From NCBI GenBank assembly GCA_943788915.1, contig CALSSD010000010.1, positions 310,001 through 374,000 of the forward strand: a stretch of DNA of 64,000 nt, in the 5' to 3' direction. Within the stretch, counting starts at the first letter, position 1, and each line of letters starts with the position of its first letter. Below, piece by piece: positions 49,785-59,721 of the stretch. Source of the stretch: an uncultured Acidimicrobiales bacterium (lineage in GTDB: Bacteria; Actinomycetota; Acidimicrobiia; Acidimicrobiales; UBA10347). The notes beneath the pieces are model-generated. The model did no database searches. It saw only the letters and a program-made list of their open reading frames with translations, and was not told the DNA's origin. A program made the translations under genes and the position numbers.

Positions 49785-50609
49785 CTAGGCCAGATCAACC
49801 AGCGTGGCGATCATCGCCAGGCTGTTGATCAATATATGGGTGGCGATTGATGCCCCGATGCGCCCGGTTCGTAACCGGCCAGCGCCGATAGCCATGCCTA
49901 CGACGAAGAGCACCGGGGTGCGGACAGGTTCGAGGTGGATCATGGCGAACAAGGCGCTGGTGGCAATCAGAATGGCCCACGGGTGCATGCCCCGTTTTTC
50001 GAGAGCGCTCCAAAAAAGTCCCCGGTAGACGAGCTCTTCGACGACGGGGATGAAGGTGGCGCCGAGGATCGCAAACAGGTAAAGCCAGACGGTGAGGCCA
50101 TCATCGGCAGAGTCCTGAGCGACTTCGATCGCTGTTGCCGTCGGTGCTTCGCCAACGAGTTGGGTTACGAGGGTGGCCACGATGCCTGCTCCGAAGAGAG
50201 CGGCAAAGAACAGGCCGATCCCCATACGAATGTCTGACCTGCGAACACGAAACTGGAAGTCGGCCGCAAGGCTGTGCCCCTTGGAGCGGCTGACCCACAG
50301 CAGATGGGTCATTAACAGAGCGTGAGGTCCTGCGACGCCGATGAGGAGCCACGGGCCGCGCAAGGAGTCATCACTTCCGATGATTGCGAAGATCGCCAAC
50401 AACAAGGTGACTGACCCAACGAAATAGATACCCAGCGAGACGAGCATGTCGCCGAGTCCCCAGGTGGCTCGCTCATGGTCGTAGGAATTGGTAACGATCC
50501 TCGGCGACGGTGATGGCACACGGTGAGATTGCGCTTCGGCAACGTGAGAACTGCCAGCTTGGATCGGCGGCGGTTGGACCCGTGGTTGTTCTGCCGGTGT
50601 TTCTGTCAT
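49785..50609 (-). CDS. CPBP (CAAX/Abi) intramembrane metalloprotease
   Basis: EELVYRG, FAMIH, H...N motifs. Confidence 0.9.
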   Translation of the reverse strand: MTETPAEQPRVQPPPIQAGSSHVAEAQSHRVPSPSPRIVTNSYDHERATWGLGDMLVSLGIYFVGSVTLLLAIFAIIGSDDSLRGPWLLIGVAGPHALLMTHLLWVSRSKGHSLAADFQFRVRRSDIRMGIGLFFAALFGAGIVATLVTQLVGEAPTATAIEVAQDSADDGLTVWLYLFAILGATFIPVVEELVYRGLFWSALEKRGMHPWAILIATSALFAMIHLEPVRTPVLFVVGMAIGAGRLRTGRIGASIATHILINSLAMIATLVDLA

Positions 50610-50621
50610 CGAGGTGGCTGC

Positions 50622-51578
50622 TTAGAGCAGCGCTGACGCTGCAGCGTGTCCAGATCTGAACGCGCCCTCGACCTTGGGTCCAGCAAAGGCATCACCTGCG
50701 AGCGCGATCCGTGTTCCGTCCTGTTCGACAAGGTAGGTCGGTTTTGGCAGGGGCGTAACGGGGCCTGCGTAGCGCCACTTCTTGAGCTGTGACTCAACGA
50801 TCGTTGCGTCGCCAATCCAAGGCGCTGCCTGATCGATCAACTCCGCGTGGACCTGCTCTGGATCGTCGTCGAACCGGCGCAAGCTGTAGTCATGTTCGGC
50901 GTGGAAGGTAAGCGCTCGGACATCGGAGATGCCCTTGCGTTTGTTGTCGGCGATAAAGGTGAACGGGCCGTCATCGAATTGCATGCCGCCCGGTTCATCG
51001 ATATTGGGTGTGCCATCAACAACTGCAAGCAGCGCAAGCGTGGCGAAGTAGCTGGTCCCACGTAGCGCCGAATCGAGTTCGGCAGCGGGACGAACATTAC
51101 CCCGATCGAACAGCTGCAACATCTGGGGAATGGGCGCCGTGACGACGGCTTGCTCGGCGTGGGCGATCGGGTCACCGTTCGCTGCCAGCAGTTGCACCTG
51201 GCCTTCGGCAGTCTCGATGCGATCGACTTCGACCCCGAGTTGCATGTCGAGGCCGGTTGCCATCCATTTTGCGAGCGAGGTCATGCCCTCGGCCCCTCGA
51301 TAGCGGGGGTAACCATCGTGCTCGGCGAAGCCTCGGCACCACTCGCTCACAGCGCCTGCTTCCACTGCTTGTGCGACCGTCTCGGTGAAGAGTTCGCCAC
51401 GGGTGGTGAAGAACTGCGCACCATGATCCAGCCGCGCACCGCCGAGCCGTCGGGTCGCCAACCGTCCACCGGCGCCCCGACCCTTGTCGATGATGTGCAC
51501 CTCGTGACCCTGCGCCTGTAAGCAACGGCCTGCACTCAGGCCAGCGAGACCAGCGCCAAGAATGATCGTCTTCGTCAT
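50622..51578 (-). CDS. Renalase-like NAD/FAD-dependent oxidoreductase
   Basis: GAGLAGL, DKGRG.GGRLATRR, DHGAQFFT, WRYA, GD...VEGA..SG. Confidence 0.9.
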   Translation of the reverse strand: MTKTIILGAGLAGLSAGRCLQAQGHEVHIIDKGRGAGGRLATRRLGGARLDHGAQFFTTRGELFTETVAQAVEAGAVSEWCRGFAEHDGYPRYRGAEGMTSLAKWMATGLDMQLGVEVDRIETAEGQVQLLAANGDPIAHAEQAVVTAPIPQMLQLFDRGNVRPAAELDSALRGTSYFATLALLAVVDGTPNIDEPGGMQFDDGPFTFIADNKRKGISDVRALTFHAEHDYSLRRFDDDPEQVHAELIDQAAPWIGDATIVESQLKKWRYAGPVTPLPKPTYLVEQDGTRIALAGDAFAGPKVEGAFRSGHAAASALL

Positions 51579-51734
51579 GGATCGAGGTTACGCCGGAGCT
51601 GTCTATCTCTTGGAGTTCATCGACCATGTTGCTGGTGCGCTCACGGTGGTACGAGGTGCGCGTGGTCACCAAAAGATGACCATTGGTGTCGGGTTTCACG
51701 ATGAAGTGGCCGTCCAGCCGAATAGATTCCAGGC

Positions 51735-52679
51735 ATGGCTCGTGTGCTTGTATCTGAAGAAATCTCTGACAAAGGCTTGGACCTGTTGCGAGAGGCTGGG
51801 CATGAGGTCGATGTCCAAATCGGGCTCGACGACGCAGGCCTCGCTGCAGCGATTGTTGGGGCGCAAGCAATCATCATTCGGTCAGCGACCACGGTGAGCG
51901 CCGAGCTACTTTCTGCAGGAACCGATTTGAAGATCGTGGGCCGGGCCGGAATCGGCCTCGACAACGTCGACGTTGATGCAGCGACAGAACGCAACGTGCT
52001 CGTAGCGAACGCTCCGTTCTCGAATGCGATAACCGCAGCCGAGCACACGATGGCCATGTTGTTGGCCCAGGCCCGCAACATTGCGCACGCCCACGCCGCG
52101 CTGGTCGAAGGTCGGTGGGAGCGCAGCAAGTGGAATGGCGTCGAACTCGCCGAGAAGACGCTCGGCATTGTCGGCCTCGGTCGTATCGGTGGTCTCGTGG
52201 CCGCACGCGCCCGGGCCTTCGACATGGAGATCATCGCGTTTGATCCCTACGTCGCTCCGGAACGGGCTGCAGGTATGGGCATCGAGCTCGTCGATCTTGA
52301 AACACTCATCGGAACCAGCGACTTCGTCACACTTCACCTGGCCCGAACGCCCGACACCATGAACCTGATTAACGCCGAGCTGCTGGCCAAGGCCAAGCCG
52401 GGACTGCGGCTCGTCAACGTTGCCCGGGGCGGCATCATCGACGAAGCGGCTCTGGCCGACGCAATCTCGAACGGCCCGGTCGGCGGCGCTGCAATCGATG
52501 TGTTCGCCGAAGAGCCGACCGTCGTCTCGCCGCTGTTTACTCTTCCCGAGGTTACGGTCACACCGCACCTCGGCGCCAGCACGGTCGAGGCTCAGCTCAA
52601 GGCTGGCGTACAGGTCGCCGAACAGGTCGTCTTGGCGCTTGCTGGCGAGCCTGTGCCCTTCGCCGTCAACGCCAAATAA
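51735..52679 (+). CDS. serA: D-3-phosphoglycerate dehydrogenase, short form (no ACT domain)
   Basis: RAGIGLDNVD, AAEHT, GLGRIG, NVARGG, DVF..EP, TPHLGAST.EAQ. Confidence 0.85.
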   Translation: MARVLVSEEISDKGLDLLREAGHEVDVQIGLDDAGLAAAIVGAQAIIIRSATTVSAELLSAGTDLKIVGRAGIGLDNVDVDAATERNVLVANAPFSNAITAAEHTMAMLLAQARNIAHAHAALVEGRWERSKWNGVELAEKTLGIVGLGRIGGLVAARARAFDMEIIAFDPYVAPERAAGMGIELVDLETLIGTSDFVTLHLARTPDTMNLINAELLAKAKPGLRLVNVARGGIIDEAALADAISNGPVGGAAIDVFAEEPTVVSPLFTLPEVTVTPHLGASTVEAQLKAGVQVAEQVVLALAGEPVPFAVNAK

Positions 52680-52791
52680 CGGTTTCTGGCGGGACTTTAT
52701 GGCTGCTGGACGACCATCGATCGCCTCAAGATTCCATTAAGCGTTTACCCTGCAAGCTTCTTCCGTAGTCCACCACCAGCGGGGTAATGCA

Positions 52792-53682
52792 ATGCGGCAC
52801 GTACTCGACGTCGACGACCTGTCGATCGATGAACTCAAGATGATCGTTGAGAATGCGCAGAAACCCATCGCAGACCTCGGGCGCCCGCTCGAGGGACATG
52901 GGGTTGCTTGTTATTTCGCAAAGCAGTCAGCACGAACCCGCAACTCGACCGAGATGGCGGTCGTGCAACTTGGCGGTCATCCGGTGTACATCACTGATGC
53001 CGAAGTCAGCCTGGGCAAACGCGAGTCGATCTCGGATGTGGCCCACACGCTGGCGTGTTACCACAAGATCATCTGCGCCCGTGTCTATGAACACACGGTG
53101 CTCGACGAATGGGTCGGTCTCGATCTTGTCCCGATCGTGAACCTTCTCTCCGATGCCGCTCATCCGTTGCAGGCCATCGCCGATGTGCTCACGATCATCG
53201 CCGAATACGGCACGGTCGAGGGCAAGGTCGTGACCTATGTCGGCGACGCCAACAATGTGACCCGATCACTAGCGCTCGCCGTCGGCATGCTCGGTGGCGA
53301 GATGCGAGTGGTGTCACCAATCAGCCAGAAGTTCAGCGAGGTCGACGCCGATCGTATTGCTGCGGCCGGGATTACATTTGCATGGAGTGACCGAGTTGAA
53401 GAGCTCGTTCCTGGGTCCGACGTGATCTACAACGACACCTGGATCAGCATGGGCGAGGAAGACATTCGAGAGCAGAAGTTGCGCGAATTCGAAGGTCTCC
53501 AAGTGACCACCGACATGTTGCAGCTGGCCCCGGACGCCATCTTCATGCACTGCCTGCCGGCCCATCGTGGCGAAGAAGTAACCGACGCGGTTCTCGATGG
53601 CCCGCAGTCGCGTATCTGGCCACAAGCTGCAAATCGGCTGAGCTCAGCCCGCGGCGTGCTTCACTTCCTGGCCACCCAGTAG
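52792..53682 (+). CDS. argF: Ornithine carbamoyltransferase
   Basis: SARTR, HPLQAIAD, GDANNV, DTWISMG, HCLPAHRG. Confidence 0.88.
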   Translation: MRHVLDVDDLSIDELKMIVENAQKPIADLGRPLEGHGVACYFAKQSARTRNSTEMAVVQLGGHPVYITDAEVSLGKRESISDVAHTLACYHKIICARVYEHTVLDEWVGLDLVPIVNLLSDAAHPLQAIADVLTIIAEYGTVEGKVVTYVGDANNVTRSLALAVGMLGGEMRVVSPISQKFSEVDADRIAAAGITFAWSDRVEELVPGSDVIYNDTWISMGEEDIREQKLREFEGLQVTTDMLQLAPDAIFMHCLPAHRGEEVTDAVLDGPQSRIWPQAANRLSSARGVLHFLATQ

Positions 53683-53686
53683 CGGC

Positions 53687-53719
53687 GAAAAGTTACGTCC
53701 CCAGGGGACGTAACTTTTC
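53687..53719. terminator. Perfect 33-bp palindrome, probable bidirectional terminator
   Basis: GAAAAGTTACGTCCCC-A-GGGGACGTAACTTTTC between convergent genes. Confidence 0.7.
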
Positions 53720-53722
53720 AAG

Positions 53723-53890
53723 CTATGCCTGTCCGCCTGGACCAGCAGGTTGTTCGAAGGCCAGCGGCGGCCACTGAGCGGGCTGGTCCTGGGGGAGTGG
53801 CTCGTCGAGCTTGCTCAAGCCCTTGTAGGCCCGCGCCGCGAGTGCGGCAAACGCTGCGGCCCATCCGACTCGTCGTATCCACTGGGGCAT
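53723..53890 (-). CDS. Small hypothetical membrane-anchored protein
   Basis: MPQWIRRVGWAAAFAALAARAY...WPPL; ends at the palindrome. Confidence 0.5.
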   Translation of the reverse strand: MPQWIRRVGWAAAFAALAARAYKGLSKLDEPLPQDQPAQWPPLAFEQPAGPGGQA

Positions 53891-54047
53891 TGAGCTTGTT
53901 CTACTTTCAGAATCGAGGGCTGCTGCTAACGGTGATTGTCGCAACCGCTGCAAAGGCAGGATTGACGGAAGATCGGGCCGAACCGAACGACGGACTGATC
54001 ATGGCAAGCATGACCGTGTCCGACGATCGTCGGCCCGAACAGAACGT

Positions 54048-54644
54048 CTACGCGCTGGTGGCGGGCATGTAACCGGGGCGAGACGACTCGAACGCAGAGA
54101 TGTCATCACCTTGTTGCATGGTGAGGGCAATGTCGTCGAGGCCCTCCAAGAAGCGATGCTGGACCTGTGCGTCCATGGCGAAGGCCACGTCGATATCGAG
54201 AGCCGGTACTTCGAGCCGCAGCTTCTCGACATCGATCACGATCTCGAGCTGGGGATCGGCCTGCACCGCAGCCATGAGCTTGTCGCCAAGCTCCTGCTCG
54301 ACCTGGACACAGACGAGACCATTCTTGGTCGAGTTGTTGGCGAAGATCGGGCCGAACCGAGGTGAGATGACCGCCTCGAAGCCGTATTGCATGATGGCCC
54401 ACACGGCATGTTCACGAGATGAACCAGTGCCGAAGTTGGGGCCGGCAAGCAGCACCTTGGCGCCGGCGTGTTCTTCCTTGTTCATGACAAAGTCGGGATC
54501 GTCGCGCCATTCGCTGAAGAGGCCCTTTTCGAAGCCGGTGCGTTCGACCTGCTTGAGCCAATCGCTCGGAATGATCTGGTCGGTGTCGACGTCGTTGCGC
54601 TCAAGGGGAACGGCTCGGCCTTGAACAATGCGTACGGCTTCCAT
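54048..54644 (-). CDS. leuD: 3-isopropylmalate dehydratase small subunit
   Basis: DVDTDQIIP, NFGTGSSREHA.WA. Confidence 0.97.
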   Translation of the reverse strand: MEAVRIVQGRAVPLERNDVDTDQIIPSDWLKQVERTGFEKGLFSEWRDDPDFVMNKEEHAGAKVLLAGPNFGTGSSREHAVWAIMQYGFEAVISPRFGPIFANNSTKNGLVCVQVEQELGDKLMAAVQADPQLEIVIDVEKLRLEVPALDIDVAFAMDAQVQHRFLEGLDDIALTMQQGDDISAFESSRPGYMPATSA

Positions 54645-56083
54645 TATGCGAGATCTCCAGGGGTTGCTACGTGGCCGAGGATCGCCGTAGCGGCGGCGAC
54701 CTCGGGCGATACGAGATGGGTTCGACCGCCGCGACCTTGGCGGCCTTCGAAGTTGCGGTTGCTGGTCGACGCGCTGCGCTCGCCCGGAGCGAGACGGTCA
54801 GCATTCATGGCAAGGCACATAGAACAGCCGGGTTCGCGCCAGTCAAAGCCAGCCTCGATGAAGATCTGGTCGAGGCCTTCCGCAATGGCTTGCTCCTGGA
54901 CGAGACCGGAGCCAGGCACAACGAGCGTGCGCATGCCGTCTTTGACCTTGTGGCCCTTGGCGACGGCGGCCGCCGCCCGAAGGTCTTCGATGCGGCTGTT
55001 GGTGCAGCTGCCGATAAAGACCGTGTCGACAACGATGTCGCGCATTGCCATGCCCGGTGTGAGATCCATGTATTCGAGTGCTCGGGTGCAGGCATCGGCC
55101 TCGCCAGCATCGTCGTAGTCAGCCGGGTTCGGAACAGTGCTGTCGATCGGAGCGACCTGACCAGGGTTCGTGCCCCACGTGATGTGCGGCACGCACTCGC
55201 TGCCGTCCATGATGATTTCGCGATCGAAGGTTGCGCCTTCGTCGGTCTTCAGCTCGCGCCATGCGGCGACGGCTTCGTCCCAGGCTTCGCCCTGGGGTGC
55301 ATGTTGGCGGCCCTTGAGGTACTCAAAGGTGGTTTCATCGGGTGCGATGAGGCCAGCTTTGGCTCCCCACTCGATCGACATGTTGCACACCGTCATGCGG
55401 CCTTCCATCGACAGGCTCTCGATGACTGAGCCGCGGTACTCGGCGATAGCACCGATGCCGCCGCTCGTTCCGGTGCGGGCCAGCACAGCGAGCACAACGT
55501 CCTTGGCGGTTGCGCCCTCGGGCAGCTCACCGTTGATGGTGATCGCCATGGTTTCTTGGGCTAGCTGAGGCAGCGTCTGGGTGGCGAGCACGTGCTCGAC
55601 TTCGCTGGTGCCGATGCCGAAAGCAATAGCGCCGAATGCGCCGTGGGTGCTGGTGTGGCTGTCGCCACACACCACCGTCATGCCAGGCAGCGTGAGCCCG
55701 AGTTCAGGGCCGATGACATGGACGATGCCCTGGTTCTTGTGTCCCATGGGGTAGTTCGTAATGCCGAATTCGGCAGTGTTCGACCGCAGCGTGTCGACCT
55801 GCTTGCGGCCAATCTCATCAGGGATCGGCAGGTGCTGATTCTCGGTTGGGACATTGTGGTCTTCCGTCGCCACCGTCAGGTCAGGACGACGGACGGTGCG
55901 TCCGGTCATCCGCAGGCCTTCGAACGCCTGGGGCGAAGTGACCTCGTGTACCAGGTGCAGGTCGATGTACAACAAGGCTGAGCCGTTGTCTGCGGCATCG
56001 CTTGTGGAACTGGGAACGACGTGGTTGTCCCAGACCTTTTGGCTGAGTGTGCGTGGTGTGTTTGTCAGTGGTTGAGTAGACAT
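54644..56083 (-). CDS. leuC: 3-isopropylmalate dehydratase large subunit
   Basis: [41 protein letters not shown]. Confidence 0.97.
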   Translation of the reverse strand: MSTQPLTNTPRTLSQKVWDNHVVPSSTSDAADNGSALLYIDLHLVHEVTSPQAFEGLRMTGRTVRRPDLTVATEDHNVPTENQHLPIPDEIGRKQVDTLRSNTAEFGITNYPMGHKNQGIVHVIGPELGLTLPGMTVVCGDSHTSTHGAFGAIAFGIGTSEVEHVLATQTLPQLAQETMAITINGELPEGATAKDVVLAVLARTGTSGGIGAIAEYRGSVIESLSMEGRMTVCNMSIEWGAKAGLIAPDETTFEYLKGRQHAPQGEAWDEAVAAWRELKTDEGATFDREIIMDGSECVPHITWGTNPGQVAPIDSTVPNPADYDDAGEADACTRALEYMDLTPGMAMRDIVVDTVFIGSCTNSRIEDLRAAAAVAKGHKVKDGMRTLVVPGSGLVQEQAIAEGLDQIFIEAGFDWREPGCSMCLAMNADRLAPGERSASTSNRNFEGRQGRGGRTHLVSPEVAAATAILGHVATPGDLA

Positions 56084-56089
56084 AGTGAT

Positions 56090-56560
56090 TCAGACCTCGA
56101 TTGCAACGATCTCGACGGCAAGCATGCCGCCAGGGGCTTCATAGGAAACGGTCTGGCCAATCTTTGAGCCAAGCAATGCTGCGCCTAACGGTGAGCTCGA
56201 AGACATGACCGTGATGCCTTCGCGACGTTCTTCGATGCTGCCGACCAGGTACGTCTCGGTGTCGGTGTCGCCTTCGTAGCGGATCTTGACGACGTTGCCC
56301 ATAGTCACCGTGTCGGTTGCTTCGGGAATTTCGACGATGATGCAGTCCTCGAGGGTGCCCTCGAGATGCATGATTCGGCCTTCCATCTTGCCTTGTTCTT
56401 CCTTGGCAGCGTGGTAGTCACCGTTCTCGGAGAGGTCGCCCAGTTCGCGAGCGGTTTCAATCTTGCGAGCGATATCGATGCGGCCACGAGTCGTCAGATC
56501 TTCAAGCTCAGCTTGTAGACGGTCATGGGCCTGTTGCGAAAGTTGCTTCGGATCAGCCAT
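56090..56560 (-). CDS. greA: Transcription elongation factor GreA
   Basis: GDLSENGDYHAAKEEQ, S..SPLG.AL.G. Confidence 0.96.
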   Translation of the reverse strand: MADPKQLSQQAHDRLQAELEDLTTRGRIDIARKIETARELGDLSENGDYHAAKEEQGKMEGRIMHLEGTLEDCIIVEIPEATDTVTMGNVVKIRYEGDTDTETYLVGSIEERREGITVMSSSSPLGAALLGSKIGQTVSYEAPGGMLAVEIVAIEV

Positions 56561-56574
56561 AACCGACCATCCTA

Positions 56575-56716
56575 ACGAACCCCGTGTTACCTAGCCCTGT
56601 CTTGCGTCGTTCGAATTGTGCCCTCCTGGCGAAAGTCCTGGTTGCTCTGATGCTTGCCTCCAGCAGTGTGGCGACGTACTCGGATGCAGCAACAGAACAG
56701 GGGTGCACTGGTTCGT
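56575..56716 (-). ncRNA. Candidate structured RNA (shortened 6S-like) upstream of greA
   Basis: Nested complementary arms ACGAACC/GGUUCGU, CCCUGU/ACAGGG, CGAGU/AUUCG, GUcGCC/GGCAC, CUGG/CCAG; internal GGCAAGCAU and GGACUU motifs. Confidence 0.5.
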
Positions 56717-56745
56717 GCAGTGGGTTCGGGCAGTGGGTTCGGGCA
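56717..56745. repeat. 13-bp tandem repeat GCAGTGGGTTCGG x2
   Basis: 56717-56729, 56730-56742, plus partial flanks. Confidence 0.85.
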
Positions 56746-56822
56746 ATTCGTGACCGGGCCTCTAAGATCGGTGGGTTGTAATCACGCTCCGATTCGGGGC
56801 TCATGGGGAAGTTGTAGAAGCA

Positions 56823-57806
56823 ATGGCACATAAAGTCGGGATCATCGGCGGCGACGGGATTGGCCCAGAGGTCATTGCCGAAGGACTCAAGGTTATTGCT
56901 GCTGCTGGCGTAGAGCTAGAGACCGTCGAATACGACCTGGGCGGCTCTCGCTTTTTGCGCGATGGCGAAATCTTGAGCGACGCAACACTCGAAGAGTGGC
57001 GGGGCCTCGACACCCTTTACCTGGGTGCCGTTGGCACGCCCGGCGTTCCTCCAGGCGTCATTGAGCGCGGTCTGCTGCTAAAGATGCGGTTTGAGCTCGA
57101 CTTGTACATCAACCAACGTCCCTTCGTCTCTGAAGAAGACGGCGTGGACATGACCGTCATCCGTGAGAATACCGAAGGCGCCTACGCGGGTGAAGGCGGC
57201 ATTCTCCGCAAAGGCACACCTCACGAGGTCGCGACCCAGGGGTCGGTCAACACCCGGATGGGTGTCGAGCGGGCCATTCGTTATGCCTTCGACCTGGCCA
57301 GCACAACGGATCGCAAACACCTGACCCTCTGCCACAAGACCAACGTTCTGAACTTCAGTGGTGATTTGTGGCAGCGCACCTTTAACGAGGTTGCCGAGGA
57401 ATATCCGCACGTTGCAACCGCGTATAACCATGTCGATGCGGCATGTATCTACTTCGTGCAGTCACCACAGCAGTACGACGTGATCGTTACCGACAATCTG
57501 TTCGGTGACATTTTGACCGACCTCGGTGGCGCAGTGAGCGGCGGCATTGGTTTCGCCGCATCGGCCAACCTGAACCCGGCCAAGACTGGCCCATCTATGT
57601 TTGAACCGGTGCACGGTTCTGCTCCAGACATTGCCGGCCAGGGGATAGCCAACCCAACCGCTGCGATCATCTCCGGAGCGATGATGCTTCGTCACCTCGG
57701 CGAGGACGCTGCAGCTGACCGCATTACGGCTGCTGCCTACGAACTGGGCAACACCGAGGGCGGCACCATCGCTATAGGCGACGCGATCGCGAGCGCTGTT
57801 GGCTGA
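56823..57806 (+). CDS. leuB: 3-isopropylmalate dehydrogenase
   Basis: GDGIGPEV, RENTEG.Y, HKTNVL, DNLFGDILTDL, FEPVHGSAPDIAG. Confidence 0.93.
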   Translation: MAHKVGIIGGDGIGPEVIAEGLKVIAAAGVELETVEYDLGGSRFLRDGEILSDATLEEWRGLDTLYLGAVGTPGVPPGVIERGLLLKMRFELDLYINQRPFVSEEDGVDMTVIRENTEGAYAGEGGILRKGTPHEVATQGSVNTRMGVERAIRYAFDLASTTDRKHLTLCHKTNVLNFSGDLWQRTFNEVAEEYPHVATAYNHVDAACIYFVQSPQQYDVIVTDNLFGDILTDLGGAVSGGIGFAASANLNPAKTGPSMFEPVHGSAPDIAGQGIANPTAAIISGAMMLRHLGEDAAADRITAAAYELGNTEGGTIAIGDAIASAVG

Positions 57807-57972
57807 TCGGAGCGGGCGGCCCGTTGTGGGTCCGCGGCTAAGCACCCCAGTAAGCTTCACGTATGCCATGTGGCGCACAAGGCAGGTCGGGTCATCAGGC
57901 TTGGCGGCTGCTTGCGCACCGATTCGACCCACGCGTGAGTCGTTGATCCATCCCATTTTTGGAGTACACCTA

Positions 57973-59586
57973 ATGTTTTCTCCCCCAAAACACGTCGAGA
58001 TCTACGACACCACGCTGCGCGATGGCAGCCAGCTCGAAGGTATTTCGTTCACTGTCGAGGACAAGCTCAAGATTGCGCGCCAGCTCGATCGACTGGGTGT
58101 GCACTACATCGAAGGCGGCTGGCCGGGAGCAAACCCCAAGGACGATGAGTTCTTTCGTCGTGCTGCCACCGAACTCGATCTGAAGAACTCGACCTTCGTT
58201 GCGTTCGGCTCAACTCGACGTCCTCGGGGCAAGATCGACCAAGACCAAACACTGCAGAACCTGATCAGTGCTGGCACCACGGCGGTCTGCATCGTCGGCA
58301 AGTGTTGGGACTATCACGTGACCGAAGCGCTTCGAGTCGACCTCGAAGAGGGCGTCGCCATGGTCCGTGACTCTGTGGAGTTCCTGGTGGCGAACGGTCT
58401 CGAAGTGATGTACGACGCCGAACACGTTTTCGACGGCTACAAGCACAATCCCGAATTCAGCATGCAGGTCCTTGAAGCTGCTGCAGTCGCTGGTGCAAGC
58501 CGTTTGGTTCTTTGTGACACAAATGGTGGTTCATTGCCATCGCAGGTCCGTGACACTGTTGGTTCAATTGTCGACTACTTCGGGGGCGATGTCGGCATTG
58601 GCGTGCACCTACACGACGACACCGGCTGTGGTGTCGCCAACGCACTCGCAGGTGTCGAAGGCGGCGCCGTCCAGGTGCAGGGCACCATCAACGGCTACGG
58701 CGAACGCACCGGCAACTGCAACCTGGTGCCGATCATCGGCAACCTCACACTCAAGATGGGGATTGAGACGATCCCGGCCGAGAATATGGTGCACCTGACG
58801 TCGGTCGCCAATCAGGTCGCTGAGATCGCGAACTTCACGCCGGACCCACAACAGCCCTATGTGGGGGCATCCGCGTTCGCACACAAGGCTGGCCTGCACA
58901 CCAGCGCAATCGCTCGCCGCCCAGACGCCTACGAACACATCGATCCGACCCAGGTTGGGAACCAAGCGCGTTTCGTCGTGTCGGAAATGGCTGGCAAGGC
59001 CGGCATCGAAATTCGGGCCAAAGAAATCGGCATCGAGCTTGACCCGGCCGCTACCAGCGAAGTCATCGACATCTTGAAGCGCCTTGAACACGAGGGGTAC
59101 CAGTTCGAGGTAGCCGATGCGTCACTTGAGCTACTGCTTCGAGGCGCCGCGGGATGGAAGCAGCCATTCTTTGAGCTGGAGAGCTTCCGCATCAGTACCC
59201 AGCATCGCAGCGGCAGCAACGCCCGTGCCTGGAACGATATCGCTGTCGAGATGGAGACCGAAGCCACGGTCAAACTCCGTGTTTCAGGTGATCGAATCGC
59301 TGCAATCGGCGAAGGCAACGGCCCGGTTGATGCGCTGCACGAAGCCCTTTACGTGGCGATCGGTTCGCTCTATCCCGCCTTCGATGGCATCGCCCTCACG
59401 GACTACAAGGTTCGAGTGCTCGACACATCAGCCGGTACCGAAGCCGTTACCCGGGTACTCATCGACATGAGTAACGGGTCCGAACAGTGGACGACCATTG
59501 GTGTAAGCGAGAACATCGTCGAAGCCAGCTGGCAAGCGCTGGTCGATGGCATTGTCTATGGCCTGCTCCACGCTCCGACCGGCTGA
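57973..59586 (+). CDS. cimA: Citramalate synthase (LeuA-related)
   Basis: YDTTLRDG.Q, EGGWPGANPKD, DAEH, CDTNGG, GYGERTGN, AFAHKAGLH, DYKVR. Confidence 0.9.
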   Translation: MFSPPKHVEIYDTTLRDGSQLEGISFTVEDKLKIARQLDRLGVHYIEGGWPGANPKDDEFFRRAATELDLKNSTFVAFGSTRRPRGKIDQDQTLQNLISAGTTAVCIVGKCWDYHVTEALRVDLEEGVAMVRDSVEFLVANGLEVMYDAEHVFDGYKHNPEFSMQVLEAAAVAGASRLVLCDTNGGSLPSQVRDTVGSIVDYFGGDVGIGVHLHDDTGCGVANALAGVEGGAVQVQGTINGYGERTGNCNLVPIIGNLTLKMGIETIPAENMVHLTSVANQVAEIANFTPDPQQPYVGASAFAHKAGLHTSAIARRPDAYEHIDPTQVGNQARFVVSEMAGKAGIEIRAKEIGIELDPAATSEVIDILKRLEHEGYQFEVADASLELLLRGAAGWKQPFFELESFRISTQHRSGSNARAWNDIAVEMETEATVKLRVSGDRIAAIGEGNGPVDALHEALYVAIGSLYPAFDGIALTDYKVRVLDTSAGTEAVTRVLIDMSNGSEQWTTIGVSENIVEASWQALVDGIVYGLLHAPTG

Positions 59587-59721
59587 CACGCGGCGAACGC
59601 ATGCTTCAACAGCGACAGTAGAGGTGCAGTTGCGGCTAGCTCCGGTTTGTCTCTAGCCACGGTTTGTCGATAGCGCGGTCTCGGGCTCACAGAAGCTGGA
59701 CCACAGCACTAGAGTGGTGCG

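Noticed and set aside
56620..56700. ZTP riboswitch or SRP RNA suggested by CTGGCGAAA and GCAGCA motifs
   Set aside because: The downstream GCCTGGG pseudoknot partner and the SRP CAGG..GRAA..AGCAG helix are absent
57807..57972. Leu/Ile attenuator leader peptide upstream of cimA
   Set aside because: No short ORF with a run of Leu/Ile/Val codons and no clear terminator
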